Virus record (IMG/VR): IMGVR_UViG_3300047564_001096
Span: 1-63,694 of that record
DNA length: 63,694 nt
Direction: 5' to 3' (one strand)
From: a virus
Lineage: Duplodnaviria; Caudoviricetes
The notes under the pieces are model-generated. The model searched no databases and had not been told where the DNA came from. It was given only the letters and a program-made list of their open reading frames with translations. Both the position numbers and the translations under genes were made by a program. This document shows, piece by piece, positions 38,701 to 47,724 of this stretch (position 1 is the first letter of the stretch; every line of letters starts with the position of its first letter).

Positions 38701-41700
38701 TAACTGCTAAGCAAATAGAACAGAAAGCTGAACGCATTGCCAAACGTGCTGAGGAAAAGAAACAGGAAAGAGCACAAGTAACAAAAGAAGTTGAAACTGA
38801 AGAGGCAGAAGCCAAGTCTAAACTTGTTGTTAGCATAGAAAAAAGTATTGTTGCAGGTAGCCTTGATACTGTTCTAGAAGTTATTGCAGATAAAAAGAAA
38901 GAAGTAAACGAGTCAACTACCAGAAACATTGCTCAGTCGTTTATAGACCTTGTTAGTGATTTTGGAAACATCACTATTCAGTTTGGTAATGTGCCAAAAG
39001 GCAAAGACGGTCAGTTTGACCCAAGCAACAATACTATTACTATTAAGGGTGAAAACGGCGTATATACGGGTGAACGTGCGTTAGATGAAACTGTTCTACA
39101 CGAGGTAGGGCACTACCTAACCGATCATATATTTGATAGCAAAGAAAATCAAAAAGCGTATTTAAATGGTATTAAAGACCCTGCTAAGCGTAAAGCAGCG
39201 CAAGATGCTATCAATCGCCTAAATAACAACTACCGTCTTGTAAAGAGCAAGCTTGGTAATAAGTTTAATATTCCGACAATTAAAGAATTCATTGCTGAGA
39301 TTTACTCAAACCCTAGATTCCAAGAAGCTGTAGCAGCGCTTGATACTGGCGAATTAGGTATTGATTACAAAAAGTTTGTTGAAACTAAACCCGAAACAGA
39401 GACCGAAGAAGCAGAAGGCTATGTAACTGGAACAGGTAAAGAAATTCCAGGTCCAGTTAAACAGTATGTGCCAGCTAAAGAAAGTCTGTTCCAGAAGATT
39501 GTTAAAAACATAGCAAACGTTCTTGGTTTTAATATCAAAGAAAAAGAAGGGTTTGTAAACGATCCAGCTAGAGGCGTAACTCTAAAACAAGCAATTGAAG
39601 ATATTGCTCGAATCATATCGTTGCCTACCGCAAATATACGTGGTACAGAAGTCTCTTATTCTACGGCTCCCGCCGCCGCTGCAAAGCCAGGTGACAAAAT
39701 ACCTAAGTATTTGCACGTAACAGATCCAGATTCTACTGACCCTAACGAAAACAAAGACTTTAATTTGCCAGCAAGACCTGTTCCTAGGTTACGTATGATG
39801 ATTAAAGAACTGTTTACAACAGTTAAGCCTTGGCGTGAGCTAGTAAGATTGTTCCAAGACAGAGCCTATTGGGGTAACGTTTTACAAAATCAATTAAATG
39901 CGTCTGGTCTAATTAACTTTGTAAATACTCCTGGTGAACCAAGCAAGGGCATAAATAATTTTATGACTCAAATTAACTTGGCTACTTCAAAAGGTCGTAA
40001 CATATACATGGAAAAAATATCAGGTCTGTATACAGACTTGAATTTAGCGGTTAATGGTTTTATGGATGCCACCAATAAAACAGTTGACGAAGCGCTTAAA
40101 ACTCTTCAGATATATTTGCAGGCTTTGCACGATTCAGAACGTAGAGATGTAAAGTACATATTTACTGTACCGCTTTCTAATAAAGAAAATATACCTCAAA
40201 AAGGCAGTAAGACTGGAATGATTAGCGCTTCTTTGCGTAGACAGCAAATTGTAGGCGACCCAGAAAAAGGTATTAAGGGTTTACTAGATAACCCAAACAT
40301 TACTGAAGCTCAGTCAAAAGCGCTGCGCAAAGAGTTAGACACTTATATCTTTGAAAAAGATGCCAAAGGCGAGTTTGTATTAGATGCTAACGGCTACAAA
40401 AAACCTAATACTAAATACGTAGATCCTTTGGGTTACAGCCCTACTGGCAATAAAGACATAAACGTAGCTAATCCTGCTTTTATACCTAGTGGTATGGAGC
40501 CGATAGAAGTAAAAACTATTGTTAAAAAATACGAAAGTCACCCACAAAAAGCTGAAATAGATGCTGTTATTAAACAGTTACAGGCTCTCCATAAAGTAAC
40601 TATAGAGCTAAATAAAGACGCTTATTACTGGGCACAGCCTGTAAGTAATAGGGTTGCGTTCTATGGATTTGAAAATTATGTACCGCTTAAAGCCAACAAA
40701 AACCACAAGATGCTTGACGAAGAATTGTCTTTAAATTTTGACGGTGTAGGCGAAGACGCAAGACGAGGTAAACAATTTCAAGACATAGCTCAAGCGTTTG
40801 TTGGACACATAGCTCCTTCTAATAACCCTGTACTGCAAAGTTTGTCAGAAGCTATTATCGCTGCTAATCGTGCTGGTAATGGCACTGATTTGACGTTGTC
40901 AATAAGAAATGCTTTAGAAAAAAGTGACTTAAATCCTGACGGTCAAGGTCTAATTAAAGGAACAGTAGTGCAACACATTCCGTTTAGTGAGCGTTCTAAG
41001 TCTGTTATTGACGCTATTAAACGAGAAAACACTGTATTTCACTACAACAAGGATGGCAGTATTGACGTGTTAGAGATCCGTGAGAAAAAAATCCGTGAGT
41101 CTATCCGTCGTACTTATGAGACTGCCAATCAGTTAACTCAGTTTGCTAACACAGTAACTAGCACGTTGGGTCAATTACACACTAGATATAACTTTAACTT
41201 TGCTCCGCTAAACTTTGTTCGTGACGCATTAACCAACGCTTGGGCTATTGGCGCTGGAATGGGTCCTAAAAAATCCGTAGAATTTATTACGCAGATAGCT
41301 GGAGTTGTAGCAAAAACTGGTTTCACAGGCAAAGCTTTTAAAGTAGCTGCCATGTACGAAAGTAAAAACGTTAATCAGTTAGAAGCCCTAGCAAAGAAAG
41401 ACCCTGATATTAGGGACATGTACGAGCTAATAAAAGAAGGCGGCATGGTGGAGTACATGGAAGGCTTGTCTATTAAGTCCAACCTAAACAAGCTTCGTAA
41501 AGAAGTAGGTCGTTCTGGAATAATGACTAAGTTAGACCAATTTAACAGAGTAATTGATATTTGGACTAACGTATTTGAAATTGCAAGCCGTTCCGCCGCC
41601 TACAGTGTTACTAAGAAAAGTTTCCATACTAAGAATATTGCTAAGGGAATGGATGACAAACCAGGTCCTAACGGCGAACCTTCTCCAGCGTTAAAAGCAG

Positions 41701-42971
41701 CGATGGTAGAAGCAGCTGACTTTACTAAAAACTTAGCTAACTTCCAAAAAGTTGGTGAATATGGTCGTGGTATGGGAGCAGCATTTATGTTCTTCCGCCC
41801 ATCTGCAACGGGCGCTGTTCGTGCTATCGAAGCTGTTGCTCCAGCGTTTAGAGATATAGAAGCTGCAGTTGCTGAGCTGCCCCCAATAATTAGAGATAAC
41901 AAAGAAGCTTTAGCTAAGTTTAGAAAAGACTACGCAAGCAAAAAGAAATCAGCCCAACAAATGATGACGGCTTTAATGTCTATGGGTATGCTTGCGTATT
42001 TAATTTCTTTCATGATGTCTGAAGAAGATGACATGGGCAGGAACAAAGCTGCAACAGATGACATGGGTCAATGGAATCGTTTCTGGCGCATTCATATTCC
42101 TGGCGTTGATACCCCGTTTCAAATGCCGTGGGGCTTTGGTTTAGGTTCTTTTATGGCAGCTGGCGCTCAAATGATGGCAGCGTTTATGGGTAAACAGTCG
42201 TTTGGCTCAGCGTTGACTAACGTAAGCACTCAGATTGCGCTTGATTCGTTTGTTCCAATTCCTGTATCCCGCATGAGCGCTGTCGAGAATCCTGGTATGT
42301 GGTTTATAGATTCTATTACGCCAAGCACATTGCGTCCTATAGTTGAGTTAGTAGTTAATAAAAACGGTTTAGGACAGGATATTAGAAACGTAGCTAGCAG
42401 CCGCCGTATGGGCGATGCTTTCTTGGGCGGCGACAATATCCCAGAGTCTTATAAAGATATGGCAGAGTACTTTAACGTAGCTACTGGCGGTTTTGTAGAT
42501 GTAAGTCCTAACGTTATGTACTTCTTATTTAATAGTTATATGGATGGACCTGCTAAATTAGGTGATTTAATTTATAACTCTATGTATTTAGTAACAGGCG
42601 AAAAAGAATTTAAAGCCAAGACTGACGTGCCGTTTATTGGTTCGTTCATCGGTGCTGCACCTAACGTTGATAGTAGAGAGTGGACATCTACCGAGAAACA
42701 AATTTTAGAAATGAAACGTCGGTTAAATGCTCCTAATCCAGATGCAGTAGATAAATTTTTAGACAACAACCCGCTTGCAGAAATAGTCACTAATTTGTAC
42801 GATCAAAATTTAGTTGAACTTAATCGACTTCGTAAAGAAGGTAACGATATTCGCGCAGGTGGGTATACGCCTAAAGAACGTGTTGAGCTTTTAGAAATGA
42901 ATAAGATGGAGCAAAACATGGTGAAGGCTAATCTAGTTGAGATGTTTAAGGACTACGACATTAAACCCTAA
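35793..42971 (+). CDS. Giant polyvalent/ejection protein with HExxH metallopeptidase-like and C-terminal LPD38-like regions
   Basis: 2392 aa; LHEVGH at 39096-39113; NFVRD...FMFF...PWGFG C-terminal region. Confidence 0.7.
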   Translation: MAIKEFTGELEPVKPSRLVEFTGELEKPEEVKPVKPASFSAKDTAIALGQGIVGAGKSLTDVFGAENVASRKLGEVSKTLGEQISPERQAEMQRRQVLQEKASKGTLTEEISAYLGGVTEAPVQALAQGLGSIVPYIGTGIIGGIAKLGGATITALNTVVGAAQGAGSIKGSLYDSVKQELEKSGMSPKEAAAKASKAQEYLGENFLDIAGGSALGGVGARFGVEKLLQRGAADKLSPSLIPRVGKAALAEAPLEGAQGAQEQLAINRALQKQGFDVDTFQGVAGAAARDAAVGALTGAAVGVRGPSSVAETPPPPTTEPGKETTTAPPPVPPVTPPTTDAATEALLASTIDPVTGQFVQQFATPSATETPVIAEADKQAAIKKVSELEIDNARIQAKLAAGEYKAPQAKAAAQNKLAKQQALIDELKTQIGGQDAFQQTNAGTSGVGAGIPGGSATTGAAAGATDTGLGRPGVDSDQGLESAPQDGESAQQPTLDINQLDEIELARLQELADAREAGYNIDAELVNLGNQVQERLATTTEVIDEQALADQEAKAAAAAEASRLAEEQRLATEAQAQAAEQARLAEEQRLAAEQQAALEAEQAALNEEAAAELAGEVTPPTVTPSTVTPSTVTPPTVTPPTVTPPTVTPTKPPVVEEFTGELDEETPQGAIETKVKAFEDIRKLLAFPEKLGTLDKKAKTPGVQGEVIKEEKVAKPIKWRGKKGTKTENPSPYNFLNENGYYSDKSPEQIAEQSTAIAAKDKKATVKNAVEAGVESAAFDEAYDLYDSIAYDEKVLPEIKQVMAQRQAAKDAEVDALNEERKANREAKRAQMTRDGKSEKVIKEALSVIKNVRKVKYQETKPLEFMSEQEVLDLFKKNIGTKTEKQMAKEGGQARIDAAKNRNAFVDVLNPNDKIKFSMMAESILDMEIISAVQDNKVTTAGDRRTENYRKKQEKKVISEVEQQLKDAEITAKQIEQKAERIAKRAEEKKQERAQVTKEVETEEAEAKSKLVVSIEKSIVAGSLDTVLEVIADKKKEVNESTTRNIAQSFIDLVSDFGNITIQFGNVPKGKDGQFDPSNNTITIKGENGVYTGERALDETVLHEVGHYLTDHIFDSKENQKAYLNGIKDPAKRKAAQDAINRLNNNYRLVKSKLGNKFNIPTIKEFIAEIYSNPRFQEAVAALDTGELGIDYKKFVETKPETETEEAEGYVTGTGKEIPGPVKQYVPAKESLFQKIVKNIANVLGFNIKEKEGFVNDPARGVTLKQAIEDIARIISLPTANIRGTEVSYSTAPAAAAKPGDKIPKYLHVTDPDSTDPNENKDFNLPARPVPRLRMMIKELFTTVKPWRELVRLFQDRAYWGNVLQNQLNASGLINFVNTPGEPSKGINNFMTQINLATSKGRNIYMEKISGLYTDLNLAVNGFMDATNKTVDEALKTLQIYLQALHDSERRDVKYIFTVPLSNKENIPQKGSKTGMISASLRRQQIVGDPEKGIKGLLDNPNITEAQSKALRKELDTYIFEKDAKGEFVLDANGYKKPNTKYVDPLGYSPTGNKDINVANPAFIPSGMEPIEVKTIVKKYESHPQKAEIDAVIKQLQALHKVTIELNKDAYYWAQPVSNRVAFYGFENYVPLKANKNHKMLDEELSLNFDGVGEDARRGKQFQDIAQAFVGHIAPSNNPVLQSLSEAIIAANRAGNGTDLTLSIRNALEKSDLNPDGQGLIKGTVVQHIPFSERSKSVIDAIKRENTVFHYNKDGSIDVLEIREKKIRESIRRTYETANQLTQFANTVTSTLGQLHTRYNFNFAPLNFVRDALTNAWAIGAGMGPKKSVEFITQIAGVVAKTGFTGKAFKVAAMYESKNVNQLEALAKKDPDIRDMYELIKEGGMVEYMEGLSIKSNLNKLRKEVGRSGIMTKLDQFNRVIDIWTNVFEIASRSAAYSVTKKSFHTKNIAKGMDDKPGPNGEPSPALKAAMVEAADFTKNLANFQKVGEYGRGMGAAFMFFRPSATGAVRAIEAVAPAFRDIEAAVAELPPIIRDNKEALAKFRKDYASKKKSAQQMMTALMSMGMLAYLISFMMSEEDDMGRNKAATDDMGQWNRFWRIHIPGVDTPFQMPWGFGLGSFMAAGAQMMAAFMGKQSFGSALTNVSTQIALDSFVPIPVSRMSAVENPGMWFIDSITPSTLRPIVELVVNKNGLGQDIRNVASSRRMGDAFLGGDNIPESYKDMAEYFNVATGGFVDVSPNVMYFLFNSYMDGPAKLGDLIYNSMYLVTGEKEFKAKTDVPFIGSFIGAAPNVDSREWTSTEKQILEMKRRLNAPNPDAVDKFLDNNPLAEIVTNLYDQNLVELNRLRKEGNDIRAGGYTPKERVELLEMNKMEQNMVKANLVEMFKDYDIKP
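37096..37278 (+). CDS. Overprinted 60-aa gene in the +1 frame of the giant gene
   Basis: AGGAGGT SD at 37085-37091; amphipathic helical product; host frame is low-complexity here. Confidence 0.65.
   Translation: MLFNRLTLEQVELALEYLEDPQQLEPPQELQILDLDDLEWTAIRVLNQHLKTERAHSSLH
37641..37742 (+). repeat. 15-bp tandem repeat (6 full + 1 partial) encoding VTP(P/S)T
   Basis: GTTACACCCYCTACC units. Confidence 0.95.
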
Positions 42972-43177
42972 GCGGTGCGCCAGCAACGCACCCCTAGGTA
43001 GCCTTCTTTAGTTGTAACGTATGACTTTACACGCACTCCAGCGCGCTTTGACCCACAGTCTATTGAATAGATAAGTTCTGCTGGACGGAGTGTAGGAATA
43101 AAAAAACTATTCCCCACCTCCATGCCTTCAAACGGAAGCAGCCATTCTGGCTCAATTATCTGAGTTGGATTCAACAT
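42968..43177 (-). CDS. Small hypothetical protein
   Basis: PF..MEVG.SFFIP...GVRCWR motif. Confidence 0.7.
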   Translation of the reverse strand: MLNPTQIIEPEWLLPFEGMEVGNSFFIPTLRPAELIYSIDCGSKRAGVRVKSYVTTKEGYLGVRCWRTA

Positions 43178-46037
43178 CTAGAAATGAACTCTTAAATAAA
43201 TATACACGTGCGCCGTCAATAGTAGTAGTAGCTTTCCAGCCAGTCTCAAGGTGTTTTCTAGCACTCTTGCTAAGCATCTCGCCAGACTCTATAAGCGCCT
43301 TTTCAAACTCGCGTGGTGTAATCTTCTTCTTGCCTAAGTATTCTTTTAAAGCGTCCTTAGATACACGAGTCGGTTCATCAGTGGCTACCCTTGCTACCAG
43401 CTTACCACGTGGTTCATCAATCACTTTACCGTCTTTTATGCGTAAAGTGTTACCCATATTCTCGTACATAAAGTCAGCAAGAATTGCAGTAAAGTCGGTG
43501 TTATTAACCTTGACCACGTTCATCTTAATGTTGTTAAGCTCAGAAATTACCTTAGCGTAAATACGCTCTAAGTCGTAGTTAACAATGCCAGCATCTATAG
43601 CAATCTCACCAGCAGTAAAGACAGCCGCTACAAAGTTCTGATGAAAACGATAAGCTGAATCACCACCTGTGTCAGTTAGGTATCTATCAATCCAAAAATC
43701 AATACGTTTCTTAATGTGAATGTCCCCAGCCTCTAACACTGCAACAATAAACTTAGGACCAGCATGACCGTAGTTATGCTTGAACGCATCAAAGATATGA
43801 ACACCTAGCTTAGCGCCGTCAGCCCCTTTTAGGTCATTAGGTTGTTCCATCAAGAACTCAATTACACGAGCTACCTCTCCGTCAGGGCTTCCCTTATGAA
43901 GTTCAAACTTGTTGTAGACAGACTCGTTGGTAGTTAGTATTGCTATCAATGAAGCTGACATCTCTGTAACACGTTCAGCGTTGACCGATGCTTGCATACG
44001 AATCTTGGCTTTACCGTTAGAGATGTTATGTACCAACTGAGACAGGGGCTTAGGGTCTTTGTTACCAATCTCGTCAACCCCGAACATAAGGTTCTTCAAG
44101 CCAAGCATACGACCAGTCAAACCGTTGTCTGTACTCTCAAACACGCTGAGTGCGTCAGGGTCTCCAAAGGTACTAATGCCAGCATACATAGCTCCAGTCT
44201 TAGCGCAACCTGACCGACCAAGCAAAGATATAACAACGCCTGGGGTAGACATGTAGGGCATGAGTGTTGTACCAAAACCAGCTAGGCAAGTCATAGCATG
44301 CACTTCAAACCCTGGGCGGTTAAGCTCGTTAGCAGACTCTTGCCAGCGCTCATACGTACCTACAGGCTTAAAGTGTTTAACTACACCCTTAATGTAAGGG
44401 GAAACAGGAGACTCTACTGTTTCTTTATTAATCGTAATCTCACGTTCACCAATAACAAAGCTTCTTGTCTTCCATTCTTCTGTGTTGTTTGCTGCTGTCC
44501 AACCTAACTGCATACGCATCATTTGCGCTTTTCCTACATTAATCATGTACTGACTCCATTTCACAAGATATTCTTGTATGTTATTGATATATTTAGGGGT
44601 ATAGATTACTTGGTGAAACGATAGTGTCTTCTTTAATTCTTCTAGCGCATACACTGACTTCATCGGCAGTAAAAACTCTTTGAGTCCATCATTAGGAAGA
44701 ATCAGATGCATGGTCATACACTCACCGTCTAGCGGGCTAAACAAACGACGTACTGGAAATAGTAGGTGGGCTAGTATTTCTACAGGGTCTTCGTGACGCA
44801 CTTGACCTTTTTTATCAGCCTTTGGGGGCGGGTTGTAATAGACACCGCCAGTTTGTCCACGGCTATATGGGCTTAAAAATTCTGGGAATTTTGGAATTTT
44901 TTGGGTATCCGATGTCTCCCGAATTGATTCCGCTTCATAGGTTTGAGTTCCGAGGAGGGCGTTGATTTCTGCGGCGCTTGGTTCTCCTGCGGTTGGTTCT
45001 GGGTCAACTTCTTTGAGTACTTTTCCCAATACGATGGGGGTATGGATTTTTCCACGGTGTTTGCATCCTTGACATCTGTCTGGGTGTTGGTTGGCTAAAT
45101 ACTCGCAAGTCTGTGGCTTGCCACGCTTGATGAATTCAAGTTTCTTTTCTTCTACGGCTTTGGCTGTATAGTCTGGGTGCTCATTAGATACCTCATGAAT
45201 CATCTTCTCACCGTCTTTGCAGAAGTAAGCGATGTTCATGCTGGAGAACCAGTCGTCGTAGCCTAGTGTAGTTGCGTTCTCTAACCAATACTTAACTTGG
45301 TTACAGCCATCTCCAGCCAACGAACGCTCAGCAATTTTGTAGAAATCCCACTCAAAGTTATCGAGCTTTTTCATTGCCATTGTGTCTTCGTCTAACCCCT
45401 TGCGTACATTTGCCAGCGGGTTAGTTGGCGCTACGTCTGCGCCTAGAAACTCTTTAAACTCATCCCAGTTATAGACAGAAATCTCATCGCCGATAACAGA
45501 CGCAGGTTCTGGCGGATTAAACTTATAGTTAAACGTGTCTGGGCAACGCATGATGCGAGCCGCATCTGCCATTACTGACGGGTCGGCAGCTATCTTTCCG
45601 AGTACAAATGCCTTGAACTTTTGGGCATAAACAAGGTACTCATCAATAGGTATATCCCTATCCATAATCCAATAGGCATGCATACCACCACCAGAATCAA
45701 TGCAAACAGGATCAGGCAAACCTGTTTCACCAAGGAACTTCCATAAGGCTGTTTGCGCCTCGCCTTTGTCGGCATAAGCTTTGCCCTCCCCAACGTCAAG
45801 GTCAATGAATAATGAACGGAAGAATAGGCAGTTGTCAGCTTTTCTGCTGAACCCATCATAACTACCTGGTGCTACGAATACATTTAACTTCTGTCCTTTG
45901 AATTTATCTACTAATTTAAATACATCTTCAAGTGTTTCAGCAAAGCGGTTAGTTGTTTTCTTTGTCTCTTGATCTATACCGCTTACACAATAAACACCCT
46001 GCGATGGCAATGCTTTCTCATAAAATTGTTTTAACAT
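43152..46037 (-). CDS. Primase-helicase (AEP/RepB-like primase, Zn finger, DUF927-type helicase)
   Basis: FIDLD, SGGGMHAYW, ARIMRCPDTFN, C..C..C..H, Walker A GRSGCAKT, Walker B GVDE. Confidence 0.85.
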   Translation of the reverse strand: MLKQFYEKALPSQGVYCVSGIDQETKKTTNRFAETLEDVFKLVDKFKGQKLNVFVAPGSYDGFSRKADNCLFFRSLFIDLDVGEGKAYADKGEAQTALWKFLGETGLPDPVCIDSGGGMHAYWIMDRDIPIDEYLVYAQKFKAFVLGKIAADPSVMADAARIMRCPDTFNYKFNPPEPASVIGDEISVYNWDEFKEFLGADVAPTNPLANVRKGLDEDTMAMKKLDNFEWDFYKIAERSLAGDGCNQVKYWLENATTLGYDDWFSSMNIAYFCKDGEKMIHEVSNEHPDYTAKAVEEKKLEFIKRGKPQTCEYLANQHPDRCQGCKHRGKIHTPIVLGKVLKEVDPEPTAGEPSAAEINALLGTQTYEAESIRETSDTQKIPKFPEFLSPYSRGQTGGVYYNPPPKADKKGQVRHEDPVEILAHLLFPVRRLFSPLDGECMTMHLILPNDGLKEFLLPMKSVYALEELKKTLSFHQVIYTPKYINNIQEYLVKWSQYMINVGKAQMMRMQLGWTAANNTEEWKTRSFVIGEREITINKETVESPVSPYIKGVVKHFKPVGTYERWQESANELNRPGFEVHAMTCLAGFGTTLMPYMSTPGVVISLLGRSGCAKTGAMYAGISTFGDPDALSVFESTDNGLTGRMLGLKNLMFGVDEIGNKDPKPLSQLVHNISNGKAKIRMQASVNAERVTEMSASLIAILTTNESVYNKFELHKGSPDGEVARVIEFLMEQPNDLKGADGAKLGVHIFDAFKHNYGHAGPKFIVAVLEAGDIHIKKRIDFWIDRYLTDTGGDSAYRFHQNFVAAVFTAGEIAIDAGIVNYDLERIYAKVISELNNIKMNVVKVNNTDFTAILADFMYENMGNTLRIKDGKVIDEPRGKLVARVATDEPTRVSKDALKEYLGKKKITPREFEKALIESGEMLSKSARKHLETGWKATTTIDGARVYLFKSSFLDVESNSDN

Positions 46038-46050
46038 ATGCGCAGAGTCT

Positions 46051-46072
46051 AAAAAGGCGGATTGCTCCGCCT
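46051..46072 (-). terminator. Terminator-like hairpin
   Basis: AGGCGGA-GCAA-TCCGCCT followed by T-tract. Confidence 0.65.
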
Positions 46073-46103
46073 AGGTTATTGGGTAGGGATTGCTCCCCGT
46101 TTT

Positions 46104-46415
46104 TTAAATCTTCTCGCCGATCATGTCCTCTAAGTATGCCTTAGCGTGAGTGGTGTTTTTAGCTGGGAGTAACCCTTTAGCCGTATCACTTTCTACTAAG
46201 TCTGTAAACACTTCAACAAGTTGTTGATTCTTAAAGCGAATAGGTTTGCCACGGAACCAGCTATAGAGCGTCATCCTAGTTACCTTTAACGCAACAGCTA
46301 CATACTTAGAGGGTAGATTTGCTTGTATGCATGCTTTAGCTAAAGCCACCCCAGGGTAGTTGGGGTTAGCCTTACTAACTGCGTTGATTAGTTCTTGACT
46401 GTATGTCCGTGGCAT
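46104..46415 (-). CDS. Cro/XRE-like HTH DNA-binding protein
   Basis: VAVALKVTRMTLYSWFRG. Confidence 0.75.
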   Translation of the reverse strand: MPRTYSQELINAVSKANPNYPGVALAKACIQANLPSKYVAVALKVTRMTLYSWFRGKPIRFKNQQLVEVFTDLVESDTAKGLLPAKNTTHAKAYLEDMIGEKI

Positions 46416-46418
46416 TTT

Positions 46419-47291
46419 TTATCCTTGCTTCTTAGACCATTTTTTAACAATATCCGATACGTCGGATGCTTTCTCACCTGCGGCAGCTTTTGACTCTCGC
46501 TTCTTTGGCTCTTCAACTTCTACTTCAGTCGACACTGACGTTACTGCAACTTCTACGTCACCCGTGCTATCAGCTTGAAACACGCTTAACTTGATAGCTG
46601 CTTCGGCTGCTGGGCTTTTGGCTTGGCGGGCAATAATTTCTAAATCAGCATCAGGTATAGCGCCGACTGGAGCAAACAAAACCTTTGGTGTAGGAGATTT
46701 TGTATCGAAGGCTATCTTAGTTACCACGCGGCCCGCTGACACATTGTGTGACGCTAGATGCTGGATGTAAGGACGGAAAGGCCAACGACCATTATCTTCT
46801 TTACCGAAAGCTGAAGTTGCTGGAAGAACAAACTGCATTACATCGCCACCTGGATCATTAGGTAGAACTACCGCAGTGCGCCATGACAACTTGCACTTAG
46901 CACCCATACCATTATCGCCAGAACCCTTTACGCTATTAGGGCAAGAGTTGCAGCTAGAAGATGGTGGGTTTTTTACTTCAGCATCGGGAGTCTCTGAGTC
47001 AGATGACCAGCAAGCTGGGCTAACCTTTTCGCCTTCTCTGTAGCCTTTGTCGTAGTATGTACGAGAAGCTTTGTGTGCCATCTTAACAATGATGACGTTC
47101 ATAAAACGGTCTTCAATAGCACCGATTTCTTTACCACCCGCATACTTACGGAATACGCTACCTTTAATAGATAAACGCTTAGTACCTTGACGACCACCAC
47201 CAGCGCCAGCTACCGCTAATGTGTCTTCGTCCAAACCACCTACTGTTGCCAATGCGCCGATAGCGCTTAAATTCACTAGATCTGTACTCAT
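46419..47291 (-). CDS. ssDNA-binding/recombination protein (putative)
   Basis: Cys cluster, acidic flexible tail, replication-module position. Confidence 0.55.
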   Translation of the reverse strand: MSTDLVNLSAIGALATVGGLDEDTLAVAGAGGGRQGTKRLSIKGSVFRKYAGGKEIGAIEDRFMNVIIVKMAHKASRTYYDKGYREGEKVSPACWSSDSETPDAEVKNPPSSSCNSCPNSVKGSGDNGMGAKCKLSWRTAVVLPNDPGGDVMQFVLPATSAFGKEDNGRWPFRPYIQHLASHNVSAGRVVTKIAFDTKSPTPKVLFAPVGAIPDADLEIIARQAKSPAAEAAIKLSVFQADSTGDVEVAVTSVSTEVEVEEPKKRESKAAAGEKASDVSDIVKKWSKKQG

Positions 47292-47319
47292 GTAAAACTC
47301 CTTATTTAACTAAATTTAA

Positions 47320-47724
47320 CTAATCCGAGGTTGGCTTATAAACAACAGCCGTAAATTCCCTCATTACATTCACGCCAGGCGGCAAGCCATCACTTGCATG
47401 CTCAGCCATGAATTCCTTAAAGTTTGTCTGGTGAATCCGTGTCTCAAATAGTTCGGGCATTTCATTCTCCATAACAAACTTACGAAAGCTATCTCCATCT
47501 GATACTGTGTAGCGCTCGTTTAATTTCTTAACTACTCTTCCTTCGTTAGTCTTAATACTTGTTGCATTTGTTTCGTTGCAGATAGCTAGCATCTGTTGAC
47601 CAAGAACTGCCAAGTCATTTTCAAAAGCCTTATCTTTTACTTTCCACTCACCTGCAATTCTTTCACGTTCATTTCTTATTGTCAAGTAAGTTTTTACTAA
47701 TTCATCTAAATTATTTTCACTCAT
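47320..47724 (-). CDS. Conserved hypothetical replication-region protein
   Basis: Coiled coil; LPPGVN motif. Confidence 0.8.
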   Translation of the reverse strand: MSENNLDELVKTYLTIRNERERIAGEWKVKDKAFENDLAVLGQQMLAICNETNATSIKTNEGRVVKKLNERYTVSDGDSFRKFVMENEMPELFETRIHQTNFKEFMAEHASDGLPPGVNVMREFTAVVYKPTSD

